From positions 35,410-67,409 of the forward strand of contig CAZSHG010000005.1 in the NCBI GenBank assembly GCA_964606695.1: a stretch of DNA of 32,000 nt, written 5' to 3'. The notes under the pieces were generated by a model. The model saw only the letters and a program-made list of their open reading frames with translations, searched no databases and was not told where the DNA came from. Below, one piece after another: positions 1 through 8,102 of the stretch (its first letter is position 1; each line of letters starts with the position of its first letter). Both the position numbers and the translations under genes were made by a program. The stretch comes from an uncultured bacterium. Lineage in GTDB: Bacteria > UBP14 > UBA6098.

Positions 1-2
1 GG

Positions 3-926
3 GAAAAAAGTGGCGACGAGAGGGCTATCGCGAGCACTCTTGTCTTTATCGGGGAAATTTATCGGGATATGGGGCAATACGATAGAGCAATCGAATACAT
101 GAAAAAGGGATACGACCTCGCAGTAAAAATAAACTGGCAGAATTCTATCCTACGTGCGTCTCAAGAGCTGGTCAGAGTTTACCAATTGATTGGCGATTTC
201 GAGAAAGCCCTCGAATATCATAAAATCTTCCACGATGCTGAATCATCCTATATCGATGCGGAATTGCGGGAGAAAGTTCGGGAAATGAACATCAAGTTCG
301 AGACAGAACGCAAGGAGAAGGAAGCCGAAATCTACCGGCTGAAGAACGTCGAGCTGACGCAGGCCAAAGAGCGAATCGAGGAACAGCATATCGAACTTGA
401 AAAGGCATATCAAAAGCTCGAACAGATATCGCGTATCGACCCGCTGACCGGAATCTGGAACAGGCGATATTTCACCGAGCTCGTTCAGGAGGAATGCAAT
501 CGATCAGAGAGAAGCGGAAAACCTTTTTCGATAGGCATCTGCGATATCGATTTCTTCAAGAAAGTGAACGACCGATACGGCCACGAATGCGGCGACCGGG
601 TGTTGGTAGAAATCACGAGACTCATACGCGATTCCATTCGCAAGCAGGACGTTGTTGCGCGATGGGGCGGCGAGGAGTTCATCCTGCTCTTCCCGGAAAC
701 CGACGAGAAGGGCGCGCTGGTTGTGGCGGAGAAACTCAGGGTGAAGATCGAGGAATACGCGACCAACTACCGCGACGCAGATGTAGCAGTTACGATTTGT
801 TTCGGCGTGTCCGAGAGCGACGCGGATTACGATATCGACCGATATATCCGTAACGCCGACAGGGCGATGTATCACGCCAAGGACAGAGGCAGAAACCGCA
901 GTTACGCCTACAGCGATCTGGATTAA
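3..926 (+). CDS. TPR-like / coiled-coil protein with C-terminal GGDEF diguanylate cyclase domain, 5' truncated by the window edge
   Basis: The frame is open upstream of the listed ATG at 69 back to base 3 (EKSGDERAIASTLVFIGEIYRDMGQYDRA...). TPR-like helices, coiled coil, then DPLTGIWNRR...RKQD-VVARW-GGEEF, with intact GGEEF and an RxxD inhibitory-site motif five residues upstream. Confidence 0.93.
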   Translation, partial: EKSGDERAIASTLVFIGEIYRDMGQYDRAIEYMKKGYDLAVKINWQNSILRASQELVRVYQLIGDFEKALEYHKIFHDAESSYIDAELREKVREMNIKFETERKEKEAEIYRLKNVELTQAKERIEEQHIELEKAYQKLEQISRIDPLTGIWNRRYFTELVQEECNRSERSGKPFSIGICDIDFFKKVNDRYGHECGDRVLVEITRLIRDSIRKQDVVARWGGEEFILLFPETDEKGALVVAEKLRVKIEEYATNYRDADVAVTICFGVSESDADYDIDRYIRNADRAMYHAKDRGRNRSYAYSDLD

Positions 927-1012
927 TAAGCATCAAAAATGACTTAATAGTCCCGGCGTCCCCACCGGGTTGGCGAGTGTTTTCCACATGCCGAACGATT
1001 CGCAAAATTTCG

Positions 1013-1096
1013 CATAAACCGCGGCGAGACGCCGCTACTATTAAGGGTAATATGAGACAACGCTACATAAACCGCGGCGAGACGCCGCTACTATTA
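1013..1096. repeat. Two direct copies of a 31-bp hairpin-containing unit (CATAAACCGCGGCGAGACGCCGCTACTATTA)
   Basis: Identical 31-mers at 1013-1043 and 1066-1096; each contains GCGGCG-AGA-CGCCGC. Confidence 0.9.
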
Positions 1097-1132
1097 TTCT
1101 ATTTGAGATAATTCTAAAATTGCCTGTCATTT

Positions 1133-1205
1133 CGATGAGTCCGGAGGACGAAGAGAAATCTTTTATTATTCGTGGAAGATTTCTTCCTTCGGTCGAAATG
1201 ACAAC
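1133..1205. repeat. Imperfect nested palindrome (MITE/REP-like intergenic element)
   Basis: TGTCATTTCGA...TCGAAATGACA outer arms with inner GAAGAGAAATCTT...AAGATTTCTTC arms. Confidence 0.75.
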
Positions 1206-1218
1206 CAAAAAAGACCTG

Positions 1219-1433
1219 TCCGGAAACCCAATCGACGCCCCGGAGAACATGATCGACTTCCCGGAAACCTGGGCTAACCTTCCGGAAACCGTGGATGACT
1301 CTCCGGAAATGAAGAATAACCTTCCTGGAAGCTTTACAAAGATTCTGGAAACTAAAGAAACCTTTCCGGAAATCGAGAATCACTTCCCGGAAACCGTGAT
1401 GAACCTTCCGGAAATTGAGAATGACTTTCCGGA
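1219..1433. repeat. Degenerate 21-bp-period array centred on TTCCGGAAA
   Basis: CCGG/CTGG cores start at 1220, 1240, 1261, 1282, 1303, 1325, 1345, 1366, 1387, 1408, 1429. Confidence 0.85.
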
Positions 1434-1564
1434 TCCCCTGAGGCTCAACGACTTACGCGGAATCGCACATTTTTTGTGCGATGGGATTTTGCCATCGAAT
1501 AAAAGGATACGTTGACTTCATAAATGGCTTGCGATTTTCGATTTTTCGTGGATATTGTTAGACT

Positions 1565-2239
1565 ATGAGAGTCACTGTAATATTAGTTGCAGGCGGTTCG
1601 GGCGTGAGGTTCGGCGCGGAGATTCCCAAGGCGCTCGTGGAATTGGGCGGAAAACCTCTCGTGAGGTGTTCCGCTGAGGCCTTTTGCGGGATCGACGAAG
1701 TCGAGTCGATAATCGTGCTCGCGCCGGAGGGTTTCGAGAAGCGGTTCGAGGGCGTGTTGTCCGGTTTATCGAAGAAGATTATTGTCGGAACCGGCGGCGC
1801 GATGCGGACGGATTCGGTTTGCAATGGAATCGCTCTGGCACCCGACGGTTGCGATATTTTTGCTATCCACGATGCGGCGAGGCCGTTGGTCAAAATCGAA
1901 GATATTCAAGCTGTAATCAAAGCGGCAAACGAACACGGCGCGGCGACACTTGCGACTCCTGTTTCGGACACGCTGAAAATCGTGGAAAATGAAACAATAA
2001 TCGAGACGGTCGATAGATCGAGGTTCTGGGCTGTCCAGACTCCACAGGTCTTTCGTGCCGGTCTTTATAGGAAAGCTCTCGAATCGGCACCGTCCTCCCC
2101 CACCGACGATTGCGCGATTGTTGAGGGTTACGGTCATCCTGTGCGGGTTGTCGCGGGTTCGAGGTTGAACATCAAGATCACATATATCGAGGATTTGGCT
2201 ATCGCGGAGGCAATACTGAAAGGCGGAAAATGCACGTAA
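1565..2239 (+). CDS. ispD: 2-C-methyl-D-erythritol 4-phosphate cytidylyltransferase
   Basis: N-terminal VILVAGGSGVRFG...PKAL; IHDAARPLV; ATLATPVSDTLK; AVQTPQVFR; TDDCAIVE. Confidence 0.93.
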   Translation: MRVTVILVAGGSGVRFGAEIPKALVELGGKPLVRCSAEAFCGIDEVESIIVLAPEGFEKRFEGVLSGLSKKIIVGTGGAMRTDSVCNGIALAPDGCDIFAIHDAARPLVKIEDIQAVIKAANEHGAATLATPVSDTLKIVENETIIETVDRSRFWAVQTPQVFRAGLYRKALESAPSSPTDDCAIVEGYGHPVRVVAGSRLNIKITYIEDLAIAEAILKGGKCT

Positions 2240-3261
2240 CTGAAGATTTATTGCGCAAACTGGCGCTGTTGGAACAATCGGGCAGGACGATAATGTCGGT
2301 CTATCTCGATTTGCGATACGGCTGGGACGTCGCGGAAGAATCTATCGAAAAGGAAATCGACTGGTTGAAGAAGATTTTGAACGACGAGGAGATTGAGTAT
2401 TTCGAGGCCTCGCTGGAATTCATGTTCGAGTATTTCAATAAAAAGAAATCGAAGGGGTATTCCGGGCCGGGGCTGGCTTTTTTCATCGATCTGGAAGAGG
2501 GATACGCGACGGGAGTCGAGACGACTATTGCACACAAAACGTCGATTGCGGTTGACGATCAGGCAATAATTCTACCTCTGGCAAAGGAGCTTGACGAATA
2601 CGAGCCGGTGGGCGTGATAATGGCTGACGCTTCCGGCGCACGGATTATGATTTCCGCCGGCAAGGTGCTTGAGGACGAACGGGACGTTAATGTCAAAATT
2701 CATCATCTATCGAAGGTCGGCGGGTGGTCGCAGATGCGGTATCAGCGGCGTCGCGAGAAGGAGGTCAAGCACTTTGCGAAGGACGTGGCGGATATCGCGG
2801 ATAAGTTGTTTCGCGAGGAAAAGGTGAATCGCGTGCTTATGGCCGGACGGAATCGCATCCTGACGGCAATCGTGGAGGAACTGCCTCAACGCTGGCGCGA
2901 GTCGATTATCGATAGTATCAAATGGGACATGGCACTTTCGGACGACGAATTCGCGCGGAAGATTGCACCTTCGCTGGTGGAAGCCGAACGCGAACAGGAG
3001 GAGGAAGTCCTGGGCAGATTCATCGCGGAATACCGTCGCAACGGTTTAGCTAAAGGCGGTTTGCAGGATGTTCTCACGGCACTCGAGATGGGACAGGTGG
3101 ATACGCTGATTCTGGACAGCGATCTCGACGAGGAGCTGATGGAGGAATTGACTTCCAAAGCGGAAACGATTTCGGCGCATGTGGAGTTTGTTCCGACGAG
3201 CGATGATTGTCTGGCGAAACTTGGCGGTATCGGCGCGTTACTGCGATATAAAATTGATTGA
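2230..3261 (+). CDS. Bacterial archaeo-eukaryotic release factor (baeRF) / Vms1-like eRF1-domain protein
   Basis: 343 aa; layout with central RYQRRREKEVKHFAKDVADIADKLF and VNRVLMAGRNRILTAIVEELP, and C-terminal GLAKGGLQDVLTALEMGQVDTLILDSD, typical of the bacterial eRF1-like family; starts inside the end of ispD. Confidence 0.72.
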   Translation: MHVTEDLLRKLALLEQSGRTIMSVYLDLRYGWDVAEESIEKEIDWLKKILNDEEIEYFEASLEFMFEYFNKKKSKGYSGPGLAFFIDLEEGYATGVETTIAHKTSIAVDDQAIILPLAKELDEYEPVGVIMADASGARIMISAGKVLEDERDVNVKIHHLSKVGGWSQMRYQRRREKEVKHFAKDVADIADKLFREEKVNRVLMAGRNRILTAIVEELPQRWRESIIDSIKWDMALSDDEFARKIAPSLVEAEREQEEEVLGRFIAEYRRNGLAKGGLQDVLTALEMGQVDTLILDSDLDEELMEELTSKAETISAHVEFVPTSDDCLAKLGGIGALLRYKID

Positions 3262-3304
3262 CACTTTCAAAACCCGGATATATCCTTACTAATAAAGGAG
3301 ACCG

Positions 3305-4750
3305 ATGCGTAGATTTGGACTTTACATAGCGATAATATTTTTTGCGATGGCTTTTTCCGCTCACGCGACGAAATACGCGGGGGAATTCACGGATCTGGGC
3401 GTTGGTGTCCGTGCGGCGGGAATGGGCGGTTCATTTACTATTAATAATGGCGATCTGCAGGCGTTATGGTGGAACCCCGCCGGTCTGCAGGGATTGTCTG
3501 AAAGGCCGCAAATATATCTGATGCATGCGGAAATGTATGGCGACCTCTACAAATTAGACGCAGGAGCGATTGGTAAGAAACTGGGCGATACTCAATGGGC
3601 GGTTGGATTTTTCCGGAATGCCACGGAGAATTTGCCTTTTACCGATACTACAGAATTTTACGATTACGGTCCCGATAGAATTCCCGGCACAGGCGACCCC
3701 GGTGAAGGCAACGGAACATGGGATCCCGGAGAACAGATTCGACCGGAGGCGATTTATTACCGCACGGAGGGGGATTACCTTTTCACATTAGGCGCGGGAC
3801 GAAATTTCGGGGATAAACTTCGGCTGGGATTGTCGTTAAAGCATCTACAGAGTTATATCGGCGAATATTCGGCTTTCGGTTTCGGTTTTGATATCGGAGG
3901 GCAATATGAAATGCGCCAAAATTTAACTCTTGGAGCATCGATACGCGATGTTGCGGGCACATATATTCGATGGTCAACCGGAACGTGGGAAAGCAAAGCG
4001 CCGTCGCTGTGGTGGGGCGCGCGATATAATATCCCGATGGAATCGCTGAGGGGTGGAATCGCTTTCAGTGGAGAATTCGAGACGCGTTTTGAAAATTATG
4101 ACGGCATAGTCGAAGTCGGTCCGCTATCTCTCGATCCGCATATCGGTGCGGAATTCACGTTGTTCGACAGGATTTATCTTCGATCTGGAATCGACCGGAA
4201 GGATTTTTCCGCCGGAGCAGGATTGAGAATCGCCTTTTTCAGAGTCGATTACGCCTTCGTTACGAACAATCAATTAGATAATACACATCGAATCGGGATT
4301 ACACTGGAAATCCCTAAGATTGAGCGCCCAGAGCCTGAACCGGAGCAGGAAGAACCGGGGATACAAAGGCCGCCTGCTACGCCATCCTCGGAGATATTCG
4401 ACCAACCCGAAGGTGAGTTTGTGGCCGAAATATATTTCCAGACCGGAAGCCCGGAAATCAGCGAAGAGGGGATGGAAAAAATCGACGATTTCTGTTCCGA
4501 AGTCGAGGATCGGGAATTATATATCGAAGGCCATACGGATGTTATAAAAATAAACACACCCAAATTCCCCGATAATTATTCGTTATCGAAGGCCAGGGCT
4601 GAGAATATCGCGGATTATATCGTTGAGAAATGCGGTATCGATAGATCGAAAATTACTCTCGATTGGTTCGGGGCGGACAGGCCAAAATACGAACTGAATT
4701 CCGCGGATGGGTATAAAAACCGTCGTGTTGAAATCTATATTTTAGAATAA
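3305..4750 (+). CDS. PorV/PorQ-like outer-membrane beta-barrel fused to a C-terminal OmpA-like peptidoglycan-binding domain
   Basis: Signal peptide; YAGEFTDLGVGVRAAGMGGSFTINNGDLQALWWNPAGL; C-terminus VAEIYFQTGSPEISEEGMEKI...YIEGHTDVIKINT...NYSLSKARAENIADYIVEKCGI...NRRVEIYILE. Confidence 0.85.
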   Translation: MRRFGLYIAIIFFAMAFSAHATKYAGEFTDLGVGVRAAGMGGSFTINNGDLQALWWNPAGLQGLSERPQIYLMHAEMYGDLYKLDAGAIGKKLGDTQWAVGFFRNATENLPFTDTTEFYDYGPDRIPGTGDPGEGNGTWDPGEQIRPEAIYYRTEGDYLFTLGAGRNFGDKLRLGLSLKHLQSYIGEYSAFGFGFDIGGQYEMRQNLTLGASIRDVAGTYIRWSTGTWESKAPSLWWGARYNIPMESLRGGIAFSGEFETRFENYDGIVEVGPLSLDPHIGAEFTLFDRIYLRSGIDRKDFSAGAGLRIAFFRVDYAFVTNNQLDNTHRIGITLEIPKIERPEPEPEQEEPGIQRPPATPSSEIFDQPEGEFVAEIYFQTGSPEISEEGMEKIDDFCSEVEDRELYIEGHTDVIKINTPKFPDNYSLSKARAENIADYIVEKCGIDRSKITLDWFGADRPKYELNSADGYKNRRVEIYILE

Positions 4751-4756
4751 GAGAAA

Positions 4757-5737
4757 TTACTCTTCGATATTTCGGTAGGGTTCGAGATATAGCATCCTCG
4801 ATGCCGGTTTTACCCAGGATGAGAATTCGGCGCCGGTTTCCATTTCCTTTTCTATCACGTGGGTGAATGCGTTGACCTGCGATTCCAGATAATCGGCGTG
4901 GTGAAGTATTACGGCTTCGATGGTTTTGGGGACAACTGGCGACCCCATTTCCGGATCGCCGTGATGGGAAAGTAGCATATGGCTTAATTCAGCCGTTGTT
5001 TTTTCGGGAAATCCCTCTATAGATTCGATGGCGTTGGTCAACATCCTCTCCCCCAGGACTATATGCCCAATAAGACGACCTTTGACTGTGTAATCGAAAG
5101 CGGCCTCGCCAGTTAATTCTTCCACTTTGCCAATATCGTGTAATAAGGCTCCCGCGACCAGCAAATCGTGGCGACATAGATCGAATATCGTAGAAACGTG
5201 ACCGCAGATTTTCGCTACGTTCAACGTATGTTCCGCGAGTCCGCCTATATAAGCCCCATGCCACAGTTTTCCAGCGGGTGTGGAGGTAAATTTTGATAGG
5301 AAGTCGGCGTCCTCGAAGAAATAACACATTAGCTTTTTCAGGCTTTCATCCTCGATGGTGTCGATAACGTCCTGTATCGATTCGGCGAGGTCTTCCTGAG
5401 CGATGTCGGCGTCTGGGAGCAAGAGGTTCGCGTCGAATTCGTCGTCGCGTGCTGACCTGATTTCGAATACTTTTATCTGTGGTCGGCCTTTGTATTCGTT
5501 CATAACACCCTGTATCTTAACAACGGAGGTTTTACCGAGAGACTCGCTCAATTGAAGTGCGTCGTCTCCCCAATAGATTCCAGCGAAACGCCCCGATGAA
5601 TCCCCGAACTCGAAGGTGAGGTAGCATTTTCCCTGATAATCGCGTTTTTCCAGACGCCGAAGAGCGTAATATCCGGTAAAAGCCTCGCCGTATCCGAGTT
5701 GTTTGAGTTCAGGTTGTTCCATCGGTTTTTCCTCCAT
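4757..5737 (-). CDS. yhaM: OB-fold + HD-domain 3'-5' exoribonuclease, YhaM family
   Basis: KTSVVKIQGVMNEYKGRPQIKV OB-like region; HTLNVAKIC...VAGALLHDIGKVEEL HD motif; LSHHGDPEMGSPVVPKTIEAVILHHADYLES. Start may be an internal Met at about 5722. Confidence 0.85.
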   Translation of the reverse strand: MEEKPMEQPELKQLGYGEAFTGYYALRRLEKRDYQGKCYLTFEFGDSSGRFAGIYWGDDALQLSESLGKTSVVKIQGVMNEYKGRPQIKVFEIRSARDDEFDANLLLPDADIAQEDLAESIQDVIDTIEDESLKKLMCYFFEDADFLSKFTSTPAGKLWHGAYIGGLAEHTLNVAKICGHVSTIFDLCRHDLLVAGALLHDIGKVEELTGEAAFDYTVKGRLIGHIVLGERMLTNAIESIEGFPEKTTAELSHMLLSHHGDPEMGSPVVPKTIEAVILHHADYLESQVNAFTHVIEKEMETGAEFSSWVKPASRMLYLEPYRNIEE

Positions 5738-6218
5738 ATAATCTTATAATCCGGTCGATTATACCGCTTGTACCTTTGCCTTCCACCAATTCGATTCGTT
5801 CCACCGAGCCACCGTGAGCTTTCACGAAATCCGCACCTACGATTTCGTCCTCATTCCAATCCGCGCCTTTTACCAAAACGTCCGGCTGGATAGCTTCGAT
5901 GAGTTTAAGTGGAGTCGGCTCGTCGAAAATACTCACGAAATCGACCACCTGGATCGCACCAAGAACAATCGCCCTGTCTTCTTCCTCTATTATCGGGCGA
6001 TTTGTGCCTTTGATTTTGCGAACACTCCGATCCGAGTTCATTCCTATTATAAGGTAATCTCCAAGCTTTTTCGCTTTTTGAAGATATTCGATGTGCCCGC
6101 GGTGGATTATATCGAAACAGCCGTTTGTGAAAACGAGTTTTTTGCCGTCTTCCCGGATTTTTCTACGGACAGGGAGAAATTTTTCGAGGGATATGATTTT
6201 GCTTTCTATTTCCGGCAT
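5709..6218 (-). CDS. rfaE2: D-glycero-beta-D-manno-heptose 1-phosphate adenylyltransferase
   Basis: VFTNGCFDIIHRGHIEYLQKAKKLGDYLIIGMNSDRSVRKIKG...KGADW...GKGTSGIIDRI. Confidence 0.92.
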   Translation of the reverse strand: MPEIESKIISLEKFLPVRRKIREDGKKLVFTNGCFDIIHRGHIEYLQKAKKLGDYLIIGMNSDRSVRKIKGTNRPIIEEEDRAIVLGAIQVVDFVSIFDEPTPLKLIEAIQPDVLVKGADWNEDEIVGADFVKAHGGSVERIELVEGKGTSGIIDRIIRLYGGKTDGTT

Positions 6219-7204
6219 CTCTCTCTATCCATTGATTCGATGATCTGATTCGGTTTAGCCACCGCCGTTCCAACCTCTGCAACTACAATTCCCGCTGAGT
6301 GGTTTGCTATTATAGCGGCTTCTTCGAGAGACGCCCCCGCTACGATTGCCGCAGTTGCGACTGCAATTACTGTATCACCCGCACCGGTAACGTCGAAAAC
6401 ATCTTTTGCCATAGTAGGCAGGTGTTTTGCGGATTTGCCGCGTTCGAACAGGCTCATCCCACGCTCGCCTGTAGTTATTATAGCTGAATTTGCGCCGGTT
6501 ATATCGAGCAGTTTCCAACCGGCTTTTTCAAGGCCACTTTCCGTTGATGTCTCGATTCCGGTGGCGCGTTCGGTCTCGTGGTTATTTGGTTTTATAAGAT
6601 CGACTCCCGAATAATATTTCCAATGGTATTCTTTGGGATCGACTGCGACGAAAAGCCCACGGTTACAACAATTATCCACAATTTCGGCGACGAGATTCGG
6701 GGTAACGACGCCCTTGCCGTAATCTGAGATAATCACGCCGTCCAGGGCGGGTAACGTAGCTTTGAATTTTTCTACAAGTTTATCATATATTTCCCCGGCA
6801 ATCTCCGAGGTTGTCTCGCGGTCGATTCTGCATATCTGCTGGTTACGGGCAACAACACGGGTCTTTACTGTAGTTGGTCTATTCTTATCGATAACCAATT
6901 CGGAAGTCTCCATCCCCAACTCTATTGCGCGATTTTTCAATTGATCGCCGTTTTGGTCGTCTCCGATAACAGATAATAAAATTGGGTGGGTTCCAAAAAC
7001 GTTGACATTATCCGCGACATTTGCGGCACCGCCTATCCGAACTTCTTCGCTTTCTAATGCGACTATAGGCACGGGGGATTCGGGAGATATACGCGTGGCG
7101 TTGCCCCAGAGGTATTTATCAAGCATAATATCTCCTATAACACCGACTGTTTTACCGCGCATATTATCGAGGATTTCGCGTAATTTTTTATCAGATATAA
7201 TCAA
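6206..7204 (-). CDS. rfaE1: D-glycero-beta-D-manno-heptose-7-phosphate kinase (PfkB family)
   Basis: GVIGDIMLDKYLWGNATRISPESPVPIVALESEEVRIGGAANVADN...VFDVTGAGDTVIAV. Confidence 0.92.
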   Translation of the reverse strand: MIISDKKLREILDNMRGKTVGVIGDIMLDKYLWGNATRISPESPVPIVALESEEVRIGGAANVADNVNVFGTHPILLSVIGDDQNGDQLKNRAIELGMETSELVIDKNRPTTVKTRVVARNQQICRIDRETTSEIAGEIYDKLVEKFKATLPALDGVIISDYGKGVVTPNLVAEIVDNCCNRGLFVAVDPKEYHWKYYSGVDLIKPNNHETERATGIETSTESGLEKAGWKLLDITGANSAIITTGERGMSLFERGKSAKHLPTMAKDVFDVTGAGDTVIAVATAAIVAGASLEEAAIIANHSAGIVVAEVGTAVAKPNQIIESMDRERCRK

Positions 7205-7209
7205 TATAA

Positions 7210-7689
7210 CTACTTTTTTTTATTGGAGTTAGGTTCATTCGTATCGAGTAAACTCTTAAGCGCTGTCCGGAACTCGTTGACGTCCTTGAACTGACGATAA
7301 ACGCTCGCGAATCTGACATATGCCACTTGATCGACCTCCTGGAGTTTCTCCATCACTTTTTCGCCTACAACCTCCGCGTCGACCTCCATCGAACCGGCTT
7401 CGAGGAGTTCGGCTTCTATCGAATTGGCGATTGATTCGATCTGCTCGGCGCTGACAGGGCGTTTGCGGCAGGCTATCTGGATTCCTTTGATTATCTTAGC
7501 CCTATCGAAAGGTTCCCGACGACCGTCACGTTTGATAATAAGTAGCTGTGATTCCTCGACGAATTCGTAAGTAGTAAACCGCCGCCCGCAATCGAGACAT
7601 TCCCGCCGTCTGCGTACACCTCTCCCCTCCCGCACACTGCGCGAATCGACGACTCTATCCGAATTACTGCCACAATATGGACATTTCAT
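7210..7689 (-). CDS. nrdR: Transcriptional repressor NrdR
   Basis: MKCPYCGSNSDRVVDSR...GRGVRRRRECLDCGRRFTTYE zinc ribbon plus ATP-cone; Met of MKCPYCG is at 7689 (listed ORF starts at 7695). Confidence 0.95.
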   Translation of the reverse strand: MKCPYCGSNSDRVVDSRSVREGRGVRRRRECLDCGRRFTTYEFVEESQLLIIKRDGRREPFDRAKIIKGIQIACRKRPVSAEQIESIANSIEAELLEAGSMEVDAEVVGEKVMEKLQEVDQVAYVRFASVYRQFKDVNEFRTALKSLLDTNEPNSNKKK

Positions 7690-7784
7690 AAGCACCTAAT
7701 CTAATGTTATGAAAATACAGTTTATCGAAATTTTCGCAAGGAGAATAATGTCATTTTCGCGTAATTCTTTTTTATCCGCGGAAT

Positions 7785-7990
7785 GGGGCGTCGCGTTCCG
7801 TGGGGATCGGATCGGCTATTTTTCGGTTAAAGGAGGGATTTTGTTCCGATCCCCACGGAACCCGCCCATCCGGTTGATTAATCAACCTTAGTTCGATATT
7901 TTCGAAAATTTTCCTATCCAGAAGGTTCTTTAATTTGCTTCTGCCGGATGGGCGGAGTCGGTCGTATTTTACGACCGACTGCGACGCCCC
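7785..7990. other. Four-way-junction inverted-repeat element / candidate structured ncRNA or DNA element
   Basis: P1 7785-7794/7981-7990 (10 bp), P2 7795-7811/7845-7861 (17 bp), P3 7862-7873/7944-7955 (12 bp), P4 7956-7966/7970-7980 (11 bp), all perfect and directly abutting. Sub-hairpin 7919-7924/7938-7943 inside P3. T-run 7994-7999 follows. Confidence 0.85.
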
Positions 7991-7997
7991 CAATTTT

Positions 7998-8017
7998 TTG
8001 CATTTCGCAAAATGCAA
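7998..8017. repeat. Short perfect hairpin TTGCATTT-CGCA-AAATGCAA
   Basis: 8-bp stem, 4-nt loop, just downstream of the four-way element. Confidence 0.7.
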
Positions 8018-8102
8018 TCCGGAAACCTATCGAGGAATCATCCAGAATGTTGAAAAATAAGGGTATGCGAACCGGCATGTATGTTGCGTATGTTTAATAC
8101 AA

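Noticed and set aside
952-969. CCCGG-CGTCCCCA-CCGGG hairpin after the GGDEF gene as a terminator
   Set aside because: Short 5-bp stem and no adjacent T-run; not enough to call a terminator.
1120-1515. 131-aa + strand ORF and overlapping minus ORF (1114-1383) with heptad peptides
   Set aside because: Both lie on the palindrome plus 21-bp repeat array, begin inside the palindromic element and lack a clear ribosome-binding site; treated as repeat-derived unless coding conservation is shown.
7709-8017. Small ORFs 7709-7891 (+) and 7772-8017 (-) between nrdR and the pilin gene
   Set aside because: They run through the four-helix element; the open frames are more simply explained by its GC-rich arms. 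No recognisable protein features.
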